DNA of 64,000 nucleotides from positions 14,432-78,431 of the IMG/VR virus record IMGVR_UViG_2885593961_000002; one strand, written 5' to 3'. The translations under genes and the position numbers were made by a program. The notes under the pieces were generated by a model that was given only the letters and a program-made list of their open reading frames with translations, did not search any database and was not told the DNA's origin. This document shows, piece by piece, positions 9,255 to 18,626 of the stretch. The first letter of the stretch is position 1. Each line of letters begins with the position of its first letter. Origin of the DNA: a virus. Taxonomy: Duplodnaviria > Caudoviricetes.

Positions 9255-9635
9255 TCAGGTACGGCCTCTCATCGACACGGGTAGCAATCCCGCAGCAATG
9301 AGATGGTTCAGGACGACAGCCGGCGTGGAGACCGGGAACGTCCTGACACATTCGCTGAGACCCAGTGCGATGGCATCGATGGCCTTTTTACGCACGGTCG
9401 CAGCTTCAGCTTCGCTGGGTCGCGGGAGGTAAGGCACGAGCGCGCGGCAGATCTGCTCGGCCCGCTCAATCAGCCCGTCCGTGATGTCGGTCTCGCTGAT
9501 GTCGCGATAAGCAAACGTGCTCACGACGGCTTCGACAGACGCCCGCTGATGGGCCTCTACTTCTTCCTTGCGCGATGCCAGTTCGCGCAGCAGACGCTCG
9601 TCGTCGTCCGTCCAGGTTGTGGTGGTGGTGGTCAT
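9255..9635 (-). CDS. hypothetical protein (126 aa)
   Basis: Starts MTTTTTTW. Confidence 0.7.
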   Translation of the reverse strand: MTTTTTTWTDDDERLLRELASRKEEVEAHQRASVEAVVSTFAYRDISETDITDGLIERAEQICRALVPYLPRPSEAEAATVRKKAIDAIALGLSECVRTFPVSTPAVVLNHLIAAGLLPVSMRGRT

Positions 9636-9694
9636 GTCTCAATCCGCGACACAACGACAAGGGCCAGCTTATCGGTGCATCGGTGTACTTGTCT

Positions 9695-9928
9695 TTACAG
9701 GTGACGGTTGTCCGAGATCTCGTTGTTGAAGGCGCGGCCTCGCGCGGTGTTGCCACGCAATGCGAAGGCATCCTTCTCGTTCTCGAACTTCTTACCGATG
9801 TACTGGCGCAGCTCGACGCCATCCCAATCGGCCGGCATGTGCTCGATGCGCTTCATCACGTCATCCTGCACATTCTTGATGAGGTCTTTCACGAACTTTC
9901 GTTTCTGTGCTGCCGTTTGCAATGCCAT
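9695..9928 (-). CDS. hypothetical protein (77 aa)
   Basis: AAAGGTGA RBS; helical, charged protein. Confidence 0.7.
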   Translation of the reverse strand: MALQTAAQKRKFVKDLIKNVQDDVMKRIEHMPADWDGVELRQYIGKKFENEKDAFALRGNTARGRAFNNEISDNRHL

Positions 9929-10090
9929 CTTGCTATCACCTTTGGATCGCTAGATCATACATTAGATGATCGTCATTTTGTTGAAATATTAACCGTGCAG
10001 TTTGCTAAAACCGGTCATCCCGGCATTACCTACTGTGTCGGCTGATGGAGATGCCATTCTATTGAAGAAACGCGCCTCGTTCCATCTTGA

Positions 10091-10801
10091 CTATACGATA
10101 GTCGGCACATCCCGTTCGGCCCAATGCCGACGCTCGACCTCCTCCCTTCTATTCGCTTCTTGTGAAGTTTTCACCTGAAAAATCAGGCTTTTTGCGCATT
10201 CGAGAGCGACTGTCACGTGGTAGTTCTTGTACGATTCGACGCCACCGACGCTGTCGCTGAAGCGCTCATCTTCAACGAGTTCCCCTTCATCGTTTTGACG
10301 GAGGAGAACCACCTTGACCCACGTGTATTCCCATTGGTCATTACACCATTGGCGCAGGAATTCGAAATCGCGGCGAACGGCTTCTGCGCGAATTTCACCA
10401 CTCGTTAAACGTTTGCTGGGATCTCTTCCAGGCGTTTCCACTGTTTCCCACTCAAGGCGAGGTACGCGCAGACCATTGACGACGTGATATTGGGCACGCT
10501 TTACACGACGCACGCGTTTTCCAGATAGCCGTTTGATCAATTCGGCTTGGTCTTCCTCGCTCAAACCCCATCCTTCATCCTTGGCGATCTGGTTGGATGC
10601 CGAGATGTCGTAATAGCGTCGCGAGGCACGATCGGATGCCAGCAAGACTTCGCCGGGCCGCTTGTCACGACGCGTCCAGTCCGACACCACGCCGTGGCCG
10701 TCATGGTGACTCCACGGCTCGCCGATATCGTCGTCTCGTTCGAACTGAGCCTTGAAGCTATATCCTTCAAGCTCGAAAGTTTCCCCGTTGTACAGGTGCA
10801 T
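10091..10801 (-). CDS. hypothetical phage early protein (236 aa)
   Basis: Long ORF in the early run; no assignable function. Confidence 0.75.
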   Translation of the reverse strand: MHLYNGETFELEGYSFKAQFERDDDIGEPWSHHDGHGVVSDWTRRDKRPGEVLLASDRASRRYYDISASNQIAKDEGWGLSEEDQAELIKRLSGKRVRRVKRAQYHVVNGLRVPRLEWETVETPGRDPSKRLTSGEIRAEAVRRDFEFLRQWCNDQWEYTWVKVVLLRQNDEGELVEDERFSDSVGGVESYKNYHVTVALECAKSLIFQVKTSQEANRREEVERRHWAERDVPTIV

Positions 10802-10808
10802 GGTGTAC

Positions 10809-11123
10809 CTACTTTGTGATCCCTGTTGCCTTTAACGCCTTCGGCCACCAGCGGCGCGCTCGGTCGTTAGCAGGATGCAGGGAGATGTTGCGGAAGGAGC
10901 CGTCGCGAAGATCGCGCTCCCCGTGAGAAGTGATCCAACCTGGGTTCGATGACGGGTAGTCGCTCGGTTCAGCCCCCGCATATTCGAAGCAGAGTAGGCG
11001 AACCAGCTCCTTGAACGTGTATGAAACGTCCTGCCAGTCGAAGCCCGTCTCGTCGACATCGCCCTGTTCAGCACTCTCGTCCGTGATGACCGCATAGGTC
11101 TGGTGGAATTTCATTGGTGTCAT
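10809..11123 (-). CDS. hypothetical protein (104 aa)
   Basis: Coupled to the upstream small gene. Confidence 0.7.
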   Translation of the reverse strand: MTPMKFHQTYAVITDESAEQGDVDETGFDWQDVSYTFKELVRLLCFEYAGAEPSDYPSSNPGWITSHGERDLRDGSFRNISLHPANDRARRWWPKALKATGITK

Positions 11124-11284
11124 ACGATGATCCTTGCCATTGCGCGGACGTCTGCATCCGACATGTCATGAAGCTGCTGCGTGACGAGGGAACGAAACGA
11201 TTCCTCGAAACCCACCTTGCGTGCACGCTCAACGGTCGCCGCTACGAGGTACGTCCGCAAAACTTGCGTATCAGACATGAACAT
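11120..11284 (-). CDS. small hypothetical protein (54 aa, absent from ORF track)
   Basis: Translated by hand: MFMSDTQVLRTYLVAATVERARKVGFEESFRSLVTQQLHDMSDADVRAMARIIV; AAGGATC RBS; ATGA overlap with the next gene. Confidence 0.65.
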   Translation of the reverse strand: MFMSDTQVLRTYLVAATVERARKVGFEESFRSLVTQQLHDMSDADVRAMARIIV

Positions 11285-11314
11285 GTACAGATCCTTTTGT
11301 GCTGAATTGAGAAA

Positions 11315-11343
11315 ATAAAAAAGCCCACCGAGTGGCGGGCTTT
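11315..11343 (-). terminator. intrinsic terminator after the lipoprotein gene
   Basis: Minus strand AAAGCCCGCCACTCGGTGGGCTTTTTTATTTT. Confidence 0.75.
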
Positions 11344-11370
11344 GAACATGGTTTCGCGACTAGACGTCGC

Positions 11371-11784
11371 TCATTCAAGGGCAGGTTGCAACAACACCCC
11401 GCTCGCAGAATCGAGGCGGTATGTTCTGTATCGACTTGGAACGTTGATCAGGATGGACTGTGGCTCAACACTTGTCCACACGCCATTACGCGCCGAAAGC
11501 ATGTGCTCGCCAGTGGGGAGGAATAGATCGACGCGCTCATCGGTCGCCATTGATGCGATCTTCACACCATCGGCCAACAGTTCGTAGCGCGCACCCCCAC
11601 CCGAGATAAACGAGCCCCCAGTGCGTATAACCGTGATCTTCTGCGCACCTTCCACCGGTTGCGCATACTTCGTCGAATAGATCCTGTCCGCAGGAACGTC
11701 CTTTGCCTGCTCAAATGGAAGAGTTCTAGACGCACACGCCGTCAAACACCCCGTAAGAGCCATGCAGAGAATCACCTTGTTCAC
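11371..11784 (-). CDS. lipoprotein (moron-like, possible superinfection exclusion)
   Basis: Signal peptide with lipobox LTAC; own terminator; exclusion role is inference. Confidence 0.75.
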   Translation of the reverse strand: MNKVILCMALTGCLTACASRTLPFEQAKDVPADRIYSTKYAQPVEGAQKITVIRTGGSFISGGGARYELLADGVKIASMATDERVDLFLPTGEHMLSARNGVWTSVEPQSILINVPSRYRTYRLDSASGVLLQPALE

Positions 11785-11828
11785 TTCCGCCCTCTTTGTC
11801 TATAAAAGGACTAGAAGTATGCCCTACC

Positions 11829-12587
11829 TCAGTCGAGGAGGTCGCGCGCAATCTGGTGGATGACGCCATCCATGTAGATGACTTGCCCGGTTGTGCAGCG
11901 TCCCCAAACGATCAGACCGCAAATATCGCGATTGACCATCTCACCCTGCTCTTCGAGTTTGCTCGCCAGCCAACCGGAGACGATCCAGTGCTCGTAGGCT
12001 TCGCGTGTGTGCGGGCTGATACTGTTCGATTCGCATGCCGCGCGCCACGCTTCTTGTTCGTCGTTGTACCAGTCGTCGACGTAGTGCTTATTGAGGTAGG
12101 AGGTCAATACCGCATGTTCGGTATCTGCCTCGAAGAACATGCCATCGGTCTCACCGCCGTCGTCGCGAGCCTTCGCGGTCGCGATGATTGCGCTGATCTT
12201 CGCCTGATCGGGCGCATCCAGTTCTTTGATCTCGTCGACCGCTTCTTCCGGAAGGACATAGAACTTCCCGGCGTGTTCGAAGTAACCGAGGTTGTCGAGA
12301 GTGAGATTCCCCTTCACATCGTCTTCCGGCTGAAGTGCGACGTACTCTCCATATTCGTTCTCGAACAGCACGTAGTCTTCGTCTTCAGCTGCGGACTTAT
12401 AGTCGTCCTGCACGCAGATGCCGATCAGTTCATCTTGATCGATACTTACCTCACGCAGTAGGCCGGGGTCGGCACCAGCGACGAGCGTGCTGAGGTCGCT
12501 GATTAACATGCTGACACACGCATGCACTTCTTCGCGGACGAGCTGGCGCGCGCGCTCGTCGAGCGCGGACTTGTCAATATTGGTCAT
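11829..12587 (-). CDS. hypothetical acidic protein (252 aa)
   Basis: C-terminal EHWIVSGWLASKLEEQGE...WGRCTTGQ looks like a recurring phage early-protein motif. Confidence 0.75.
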   Translation of the reverse strand: MTNIDKSALDERARQLVREEVHACVSMLISDLSTLVAGADPGLLREVSIDQDELIGICVQDDYKSAAEDEDYVLFENEYGEYVALQPEDDVKGNLTLDNLGYFEHAGKFYVLPEEAVDEIKELDAPDQAKISAIIATAKARDDGGETDGMFFEADTEHAVLTSYLNKHYVDDWYNDEQEAWRAACESNSISPHTREAYEHWIVSGWLASKLEEQGEMVNRDICGLIVWGRCTTGQVIYMDGVIHQIARDLLD

Positions 12588-12661
12588 CGTTGTGGTGGTG
12601 GATTGTTAGCGTTTCGGTGAACGAGGGTCGTGGCCAGACGCGCCTCGTTCAACTTGAACTT

Positions 12662-12892
12662 TCAAATGGCAGCTGCCATCGACGCTTGCGCTTCGCGCTG
12701 GTATTGGCGATCGTCCTCAGAGACATGTGCCGCCAAGCGTGTTTCGCGTGCTTCGAGCTTCGCGACTTCCGCCTGGAAATGTTCCAGTGCGCCGCGCGCT
12801 TCGAGCAGCGCGAGGCGCGTCATGCGCAATTGGTTCTTCGCTTCCTTAGCAGGCGACTTTCCCGTGAACATCGTGATGATTGCACTCAACAT
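12662..12892 (-). CDS. small coiled-coil protein
   Basis: GAGGT RBS before MLSAII; heptad-like LEARGALEHFQAEVAKLEARE. Confidence 0.7.
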   Translation of the reverse strand: MLSAIITMFTGKSPAKEAKNQLRMTRLALLEARGALEHFQAEVAKLEARETRLAAHVSEDDRQYQREAQASMAAAI

Positions 12893-12914
12893 GGTGGTTA
12901 CCTCGGTGTGGTGG

Positions 12915-13187
12915 TTATGCTTTCCGCTCGATACAGAGGAGGTAGCGAATCTCCCCAACGCGCGTTGCCATAACTGCTGTGAAAAGGTTTGTACTGAACT
13001 TCGAGTCGCGCATTTCCGCCGGCCTGCGGCTGGCAGGGGTATTGATGGTCCGCATCAACTGCGGATAGCCCTCAACAGTCGTCTCTATGTAGTGCCGTTC
13101 GCCTACTTCCATCATGGATAGCATTTCGTTCCATGATCCGGCTCTTACTCCGTAGGACTTTCGAGGACTAACGTCCGTCTTTTTCAT
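12915..13187 (-). CDS. hypothetical protein (90 aa)
   Basis: Abuts neighbours. Confidence 0.65.
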   Translation of the reverse strand: MKKTDVSPRKSYGVRAGSWNEMLSMMEVGERHYIETTVEGYPQLMRTINTPASRRPAEMRDSKFSTNLFTAVMATRVGEIRYLLCIERKA

Positions 13188-13190
13188 CTT

Positions 13191-13868
13191 CTACCCCTGG
13201 TGAATCAATCCGTCGTCACCGATGTATAGCTCTCGGCTTCCCGCCTGACGTGCTGCGTCGGATAGCTGGTCACGCAAGTCGCGCGGTAGTTGGCGGCGAT
13301 CCCAATAGCCAGCACCGTGGCCAGCTCGCGTGAGCCAGAAATCATGCCCCGCCTCGACCGCCTTGTAGCCGTTGCAATCAATTGCACGACGCAACTGCGG
13401 CTCGGCGAAGTCACAGAAATTCTTGCAGTCTTCGCGGAACTTCGTTTTCGCCTCTTCGTGCAGTTCGTAGCCATCGTCGAGATGCACCGTCTCCTCCTCC
13501 CCCTCTTCGTTCTTAATCGTGTCGATGCTCGACCACAGTGCGGCTTCTTCGTAGCCTGCCAAGAATTCTTCAAACCAGCGTTCGCGCGGTGTTTCGATGA
13601 TTTCCGCGTTTGGATACAGCTCACGAACGTCTTCCAGTACCTCCCAGCGGTCTTTGCTGCGCAGGAAGAATTCCACATCCCCATCGGGTTCGATAGCCCG
13701 CCACAGCGGCTCCCCCGCTCCCCAGTACGCCCCACCTTCGTCGTAGGCGCCGTCGACAAAGGGACAGTGGTGGACGACAAGTTTTATGGCAGCATCGTGG
13801 TCACCGTGGTGCGCGAGCCGGCCCATTGGAGCGCCGCGCGAGCCGTCCAGTTGCGACAGTGGTCTCAT
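13191..13868 (-). CDS. hypothetical two-domain phage protein
   Basis: N-half GAPMGR...YDEGGAYWG; C-half AGHDFWLTRAGHGAGYWDR. Confidence 0.75.
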   Translation of the reverse strand: MRPLSQLDGSRGAPMGRLAHHGDHDAAIKLVVHHCPFVDGAYDEGGAYWGAGEPLWRAIEPDGDVEFFLRSKDRWEVLEDVRELYPNAEIIETPRERWFEEFLAGYEEAALWSSIDTIKNEEGEEETVHLDDGYELHEEAKTKFREDCKNFCDFAEPQLRRAIDCNGYKAVEAGHDFWLTRAGHGAGYWDRRQLPRDLRDQLSDAARQAGSRELYIGDDGLIHQG

Positions 13869-14050
13869 ATTGGCTTCGTCCCCAGTTCGCGCTTACAGAG
13901 GCGCGTCATTGCGTTCATGAAGTCGGTCACCGAGTCCCGCTCCGTGACCTCTTTCGCGATCTCCGTGACGACGCCAAGTTCGACAGCGCGGTGCATGGCG
14001 TCACGTAGTTCGATCAGCGAGGTGAACTGGGCCGCAGTTAGCATCTTCAT
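13865..14050 (-). CDS. hypothetical protein (61 aa)
   Basis: 4-bp overlaps on both sides. Confidence 0.65.
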   Translation of the reverse strand: MKMLTAAQFTSLIELRDAMHRAVELGVVTEIAKEVTERDSVTDFMNAMTRLCKRELGTKPI

Positions 14051-14541
14051 ACGGCCTCCGCGAGTTCATCTGGCAGTTCGATCTCGGCCCCGCAGATCTC
14101 GGCCACGTAGCAGCGCATCGCGGCGATGAGCGCGGTCGGGCCGTACGTCAGGCTTGCCACGTAAAACTGATACATTGCGTCATGCTGCTGATGCTCGGTC
14201 GATTCTGACCAGGTTTGCTGTCCGCGCTCGGCGCACCATACCGGGATACGGACATTGTTGGTGTAGCCTTGCGCATCCCTGCCCCAGTCGTCATCGCTGC
14301 GAATGATGCTGATACCCTCGCGCTCAACGATCTCGAACCCTTGGACGCGATCGGTCGACGGGCTGAAGCGGTGGTAATGCGGAGCCGAGCCAGGGGAATT
14401 CTCGCGCTCGATCCACGCGGGAGTTGTCGCCTCCATGCGGCAGATCTTCACCACGCGGGCTTCCTTGAACTGCGTCTCGAGCGCCGCGGAGACTGCCCAG
14501 TCGAGCGCCGCGCCCTTGAGTTCTTTTGTTTTGATCTTCAT
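14047..14541 (-). CDS. NinX / DUF2591 family protein
   Basis: ELKGAALDWAV...FSPSTD..QG..IVEREGISI...GPTALIAAMRCYV. Confidence 0.85.
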   Translation of the reverse strand: MKIKTKELKGAALDWAVSAALETQFKEARVVKICRMEATTPAWIERENSPGSAPHYHRFSPSTDRVQGFEIVEREGISIIRSDDDWGRDAQGYTNNVRIPVWCAERGQQTWSESTEHQQHDAMYQFYVASLTYGPTALIAAMRCYVAEICGAEIELPDELAEAV

Positions 14542-14544
14542 GGG

Positions 14545-15126
14545 TTATCCGATATCCTTCACTCGTGCGATAACGTGATTGCGGACGGCGTCCGGAAGAT
14601 CGACGAATCGAATCAACTTTCCCAGGTACGCCCCCGGTTGCTGGCCCTTCGGCAACTCTCCCCACATGCTGACGCCAGTATTCGGCGAGGATGGGGAAAT
14701 GTTGAAGCCGAGATACGCGCGTCGAGTGGCATCGTCTTTGTCGTCACTCATCCAGTACGGGAACACGGTGTATCGGTCGTTGTCCTGCGGCCCAGAGTCG
14801 TACGTCAACCAGCTCTCCTGCTCGACGGCGAGCAGCGCTTCGTTGATCGTGGGTAAGGTGTGTGCGTCACCGAATCCGCTTGCCTTGGAGACCTCCTCGA
14901 CGAAACCCTGCGCCGTTCGCAATGCCTCGACCAGCTTCTGGTGGGTGTTGACTGCAACGGTGATCGCATGCGCGTCGAGAAACGGCATCGCGAAAAAGCC
15001 GCTCTCGGTGTAGCAAACCGTGTCGCCTTCAGCGTCAACAACACGCTCAACTCGATCGGCAAAGTCCGCTCGATCCTCTTGCGACAAGTATTCGCTTGCC
15101 ATTTCAATGCGAATCGGAAGCTTCAC
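14545..15126 (-). CDS. hypothetical protein (193 aa)
   Basis: Packed leftward ORF. Confidence 0.7.
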   Translation of the reverse strand: MKLPIRIEMASEYLSQEDRADFADRVERVVDAEGDTVCYTESGFFAMPFLDAHAITVAVNTHQKLVEALRTAQGFVEEVSKASGFGDAHTLPTINEALLAVEQESWLTYDSGPQDNDRYTVFPYWMSDDKDDATRRAYLGFNISPSSPNTGVSMWGELPKGQQPGAYLGKLIRFVDLPDAVRNHVIARVKDIG

Positions 15127-15473
15127 GATTTGCCCCCCCGCAGAACTGCCAGCGCCTCGTTGTAGCGCTTACGCTCGGGGGCATACTCCTCGTATGGTCC
15201 CTCGTAGCGTTCCTTGATCTCCGACATCGCCCAGGTGAATTGCTGCTCCAGTTGCCAGACGCGGTAGCGCAGTTGCTCCTTGTCGGCTTCTTCACGCGTC
15301 AGCGTGTGCAGCAGCAACTCAGCCTCTTCCTTCTTCAGCAGTTCGTCGCTGTAGCGGCCACCGACCTTCGCGCGGGAGATGACGTAACGCGGCGGCTCGT
15401 CGACACGTTGCAGGGTCTCGATCGTGAACGGGTACGGGGTGAAGTAACGGACGGGTTCTTTCATGATCACCAC
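15123..15473 (-). CDS. hypothetical protein (116 aa)
   Basis: Overlaps neighbours. Confidence 0.7.
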   Translation of the reverse strand: MVIMKEPVRYFTPYPFTIETLQRVDEPPRYVISRAKVGGRYSDELLKKEEAELLLHTLTREEADKEQLRYRVWQLEQQFTWAMSEIKERYEGPYEEYAPERKRYNEALAVLRGGKS

Positions 15474-16132
15474 CGTTGAATGTCAGCGCCGCTCAAACCG
15501 AGCGCGTTGCACTTCTCTCGGATGAACGAGAGGACATCGTTCAGGGTCTTCATTGCAGGCATGGTCTCGCGGCAGAAGTCAGTGCCGTCACTACCCTTGA
15601 AGACGATCTGCCACTTCACACCAACGTAGTGGAAGGTGTTCTCGGCGAGCGCACGGTTGTAGCTATGCGTGACCTTGATCGGTCTCGGCGGAGGCGGCTC
15701 AGGACGCTTCACGGAATCGATCAGCTCAGCGATTTTCCGATTCGCGAACTCGTCGACATCACCGATGTAGTTTTGCTTTTCGTCCTCGCTGCGGGATTCC
15801 CATTCGACGTCGAATTCGTCGGCCCATGCCTTCACGAGATCGCACAAACCGCGCGAACCGTCATGGTGGTCCATGATGTCGCCAGTGAGCTGGTCGGAGA
15901 ACGTGTGCCAGCGGTTGCCCAGCGTGAACGAAAGGTCGAAGAGGATCTCCTGCTTGCGGAGGAGCGCCGGATGTTCGTTCACCGCGTCACGGATGTAGAT
16001 GGCATGCTCCTGCGTCTGCGGTGTCTTATCGAACTCACAGATCACCTGCTCACCCACTTCTTTCAGCAGCAACCCGACGCCTTTATGATCGGACTCGGAC
16101 AGGATTAGAGAGGTTTTGAACGGGCTGCTCAT
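15467..16132 (-). CDS. hypothetical protein (221 aa)
   Basis: Overlaps neighbours. Confidence 0.7.
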   Translation of the reverse strand: MSSPFKTSLILSESDHKGVGLLLKEVGEQVICEFDKTPQTQEHAIYIRDAVNEHPALLRKQEILFDLSFTLGNRWHTFSDQLTGDIMDHHDGSRGLCDLVKAWADEFDVEWESRSEDEKQNYIGDVDEFANRKIAELIDSVKRPEPPPPRPIKVTHSYNRALAENTFHYVGVKWQIVFKGSDGTDFCRETMPAMKTLNDVLSFIREKCNALGLSGADIQRW

Positions 16133-16593
16133 TTCAGCGCCTCCCGCCCCAGTGCCAGGACCGCTTGAGCGTTCGCGATCATCTGCGGATTCGCAAGCCA
16201 GTCGTCCTGCCAGTCGTCGATCGAGAGCATGCTTTCAAGCGCGTCGACCAGTTGCTTGGTGAGCGCGAGATTGTCTGCTGGCGCGATTCCCCCGAATTGG
16301 TTCAGGTTGAACCATTCGACGCGGCCCGCCTTGGTGACGATCGCCATCTTGTCTTCCTTGATGACGATCTTGCCTGCTTCAGTTGCCCCCTGCTCAGCCA
16401 GCTGGGCCATCTTTTTGCCCAGGATCGATTCGCGTTCTTTTCTGAAGTGGTCATTGATCTGATCCACCTTCTTGGCGAGGCTGAACAGCTCCGCTTCAGC
16501 GTGCTTCTTGCCTTCTTCGGTGCCATCGCGCAACGAGGCGACGAGCACGCCCATGACGCCCGACCAAGCCGGGGTCAATACGATAGTTTTCAT
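16129..16593 (-). CDS. hypothetical protein
   Basis: Start trimmed to MKTIVL, preceded by CACCACCACAC. Confidence 0.65.
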   Translation of the reverse strand: MKTIVLTPAWSGVMGVLVASLRDGTEEGKKHAEAELFSLAKKVDQINDHFRKERESILGKKMAQLAEQGATEAGKIVIKEDKMAIVTKAGRVEWFNLNQFGGIAPADNLALTKQLVDALESMLSIDDWQDDWLANPQMIANAQAVLALGREALK

Positions 16594-16616
16594 GATGTGT
16601 GGTGGTGATGGGGGTA

Positions 16617-16649
16617 TAAAAAGAGCGCACTGGCCAGAGCGCACTCTTC
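16617..16649 (-). terminator. intrinsic terminator after the DUF1640-like gene
   Basis: Minus strand AAGAGTGCGC-TCTGGCCA-GTGCGCTCTT (10 bp including GU pairs) followed by TTT. Confidence 0.6.
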
Positions 16650-16667
16650 CTTACTCAACCGGCTGAA

Positions 16668-17030
16668 TCAGTGCAGAAACGCCCTCGAAGCGATCTGTGC
16701 AGCGGTAGCGAGAACCGTCAATGTCACGAGCCACGTGATCATGGAGGTTTTCGCTTTCTCGATTTCGACACGAAACTCCCCACGCGTCTCCGTGAGGCCG
16801 AGCTTCATGTCTGCGCGGACGTTGTCGATTTCACGACGCAGATCGGTACGCGTCGCGTCGACCTTCTGCTCAACCGCCGTCTGCGTGTTGAGTAGATCCT
16901 GCTTTGTCGCCAGGGTCTGGTCGATCGCATCAGCCAGCGCCTCGGCCTGCATCACCGCGGTCTCGCGCGGGACCCCGCCTTGTTCGAGGCGCTTGACGTA
17001 AGCCAAGGTGTCGAAAGCGACAGACATCAT
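16668..17030 (-). CDS. CCDC90 / DUF1640 family membrane-anchored coiled-coil protein
   Basis: FDTLAYVKRLEQGGVPRETAVMQAEALA, ATKQDL, coiled coil, C-terminal TM segment; AAGGAG RBS. Confidence 0.85.
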   Translation of the reverse strand: MMSVAFDTLAYVKRLEQGGVPRETAVMQAEALADAIDQTLATKQDLLNTQTAVEQKVDATRTDLRREIDNVRADMKLGLTETRGEFRVEIEKAKTSMITWLVTLTVLATAAQIASRAFLH

Positions 17031-17064
17031 GATTTCTCCTTGTACTTTGTAAGTTGATTCTACG

Positions 17065-17280
17065 CTATGCGGCAGTGGTTTCGGGAGCGCATCGACCCCA
17101 ATTGCTGACGACCTTGTGACTGGTCGCCGTCGTGCGCTCGACATAGCCATACGCGCCCTCGTTGGCAAGCTGCTTGGCATGGGTTTCTGCATTCTTCTGC
17201 GAGCGGAATTCCCGGACGCGGTACTTGCCGCCTTGCGTCGTGAAGCGGGTGCGATAGATCGGCTTGCTCATATTTTTCAC
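17065..17280 (-). CDS. hypothetical basic protein (71 aa)
   Basis: Overlaps neighbour. Confidence 0.65.
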   Translation of the reverse strand: MKNMSKPIYRTRFTTQGGKYRVREFRSQKNAETHAKQLANEGAYGYVERTTATSHKVVSNWGRCAPETTAA

Positions 17281-17483
17281 AATGTGAAATTAGGATCGTG
17301 CAGGGTGCGCCACGCGGCGTCGCGAGCCTTCCGGCCCGACAACCCCTGCCGCTTGAACTGCTCGGTCAGCTGCCGGCGCGCGCGCCGGTCGGCCATGTCC
17401 GGGTTTGTGTACAGGTCCAGCTCAAGCTCGGCGACGCGCGCTTCCAGGCGCTGGATGCACTCCAGCAGTTGCTCCGGGTTCAT
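17277..17483 (-). CDS. hypothetical protein (68 aa)
   Basis: 4-bp overlaps. Confidence 0.65.
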   Translation of the reverse strand: MNPEQLLECIQRLEARVAELELDLYTNPDMADRRARRQLTEQFKRQGLSGRKARDAAWRTLHDPNFTL

Positions 17484-17809
17484 CCGTGTTGCTCAGCCAG
17501 CTGATTGGCCAGTTCGGTCGCCCCCTTGAGGACGTCGTCCAGGCACAAGTGATGGTCACAAACAACATCCCAACCATCGTTACCGTAGACGAGGTACACA
17601 GAGCCGACGTGGTTGTCGTCTTTCCAGAAGCGCAGATACTCCTCATCGCAGGCAAACAGCTCTGCGAGGATCTTGTCCTTATCCGTGCTCTTCGAAATGG
17701 CCGTCTGCTCACCATCAAAGACGCTCAGCTTGAAACCTGCGGCGAGCGCGTCGACGACAATCTTTTCGACGATCTGCTTCTCGATCGCAATGCGTTGTTC
17801 GATATTCAT
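17480..17809 (-). CDS. hypothetical phage protein (109 aa)
   Basis: VYLVYGNDGWDVVCDH motif; AAGGATCAACAC-ATG leader. Confidence 0.75.
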   Translation of the reverse strand: MNIEQRIAIEKQIVEKIVVDALAAGFKLSVFDGEQTAISKSTDKDKILAELFACDEEYLRFWKDDNHVGSVYLVYGNDGWDVVCDHHLCLDDVLKGATELANQLAEQHG

Positions 17810-17841
17810 GTGTTGATCCTTGGTTCAACTTGAACTTGTGA

Positions 17842-18198
17842 TCATTCGTCGACGGGAAACTGCACGCCGAGCGTCTTCGCCAGACGTGTGGCTTTCTCAC
17901 GGATTTCGGCTGTTCCAAGAGGCGCTGAGAAAGAGTTGAACTCCCCCTCCACGCTGTAGCAGTCGACCAGCTCTGCGAGAAAGTCCGCCACGTTCGAGAC
18001 AACATCTTTGGTGAGCGGATCTCTCGGTGTATCTCCTTCGTGAGCGGTAGCAGTTCCGCTACTCTCGCAGTCAAAGGCTTCGGAGCCATGCTGTGCGTAT
18101 GCCTCCAACGCTGCCTTCTTCGCTTCTTCCGAGTTGGACGCTTCGAAGTCGTGCGTGTAGTACGTTGGCCGCGCGACAGTGATGGTGAATCTAGCCAT
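17842..18198 (-). CDS. hypothetical protein
   Basis: Start trimmed to MARFTI. Confidence 0.65.
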   Translation of the reverse strand: MARFTITVARPTYYTHDFEASNSEEAKKAALEAYAQHGSEAFDCESSGTATAHEGDTPRDPLTKDVVSNVADFLAELVDCYSVEGEFNSFSAPLGTAEIREKATRLAKTLGVQFPVDE

Positions 18199-18625
18199 GA
18201 GTGCCCTCCCCACGAATCACCGCCTCGATGCGTTCGACGACATCTGAAGGGGGTGTTGCACGCCCCACTTCGTATTCATGGTGCGAGAACAGGTAATCAG
18301 CGGTAGGCCGATCGATTTCGAAGAAGGCACACACTGCCTCCCACGACTCCTTGCCGTCAAAGGTGGGGCTGAGTGCCGAGCTGTAGCAGACCTCATCCCA
18401 CTTGTAGCTGAGACCTTGGGCCTGGAACTCGGGCGTCGTGCAGGCCCAACCAACTGCGCACGCGGTCGTGCCGCACTCCACGATGCGCTGAGGGAGACCG
18501 CTGCTGGGGATGGCCAGTGCTTCTCGCGTCGACCAAGGGCTATCGACCCAGTCGCCGAGATCGAAGTGGTTCGGATTGACGGTCCTGAGCATATTGCTCA
18601 GCATCTTGAGACGTTCGATGTGCAT
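18191..18625 (-). CDS. hypothetical phage protein
   Basis: Start MHIERLK; HFDLGDW...CGTTACAVGWAC motif. Confidence 0.75.
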   Translation of the reverse strand: MHIERLKMLSNMLRTVNPNHFDLGDWVDSPWSTREALAIPSSGLPQRIVECGTTACAVGWACTTPEFQAQGLSYKWDEVCYSSALSPTFDGKESWEAVCAFFEIDRPTADYLFSHHEYEVGRATPPSDVVERIEAVIRGEGTHG

Positions 18626-18626
18626 G

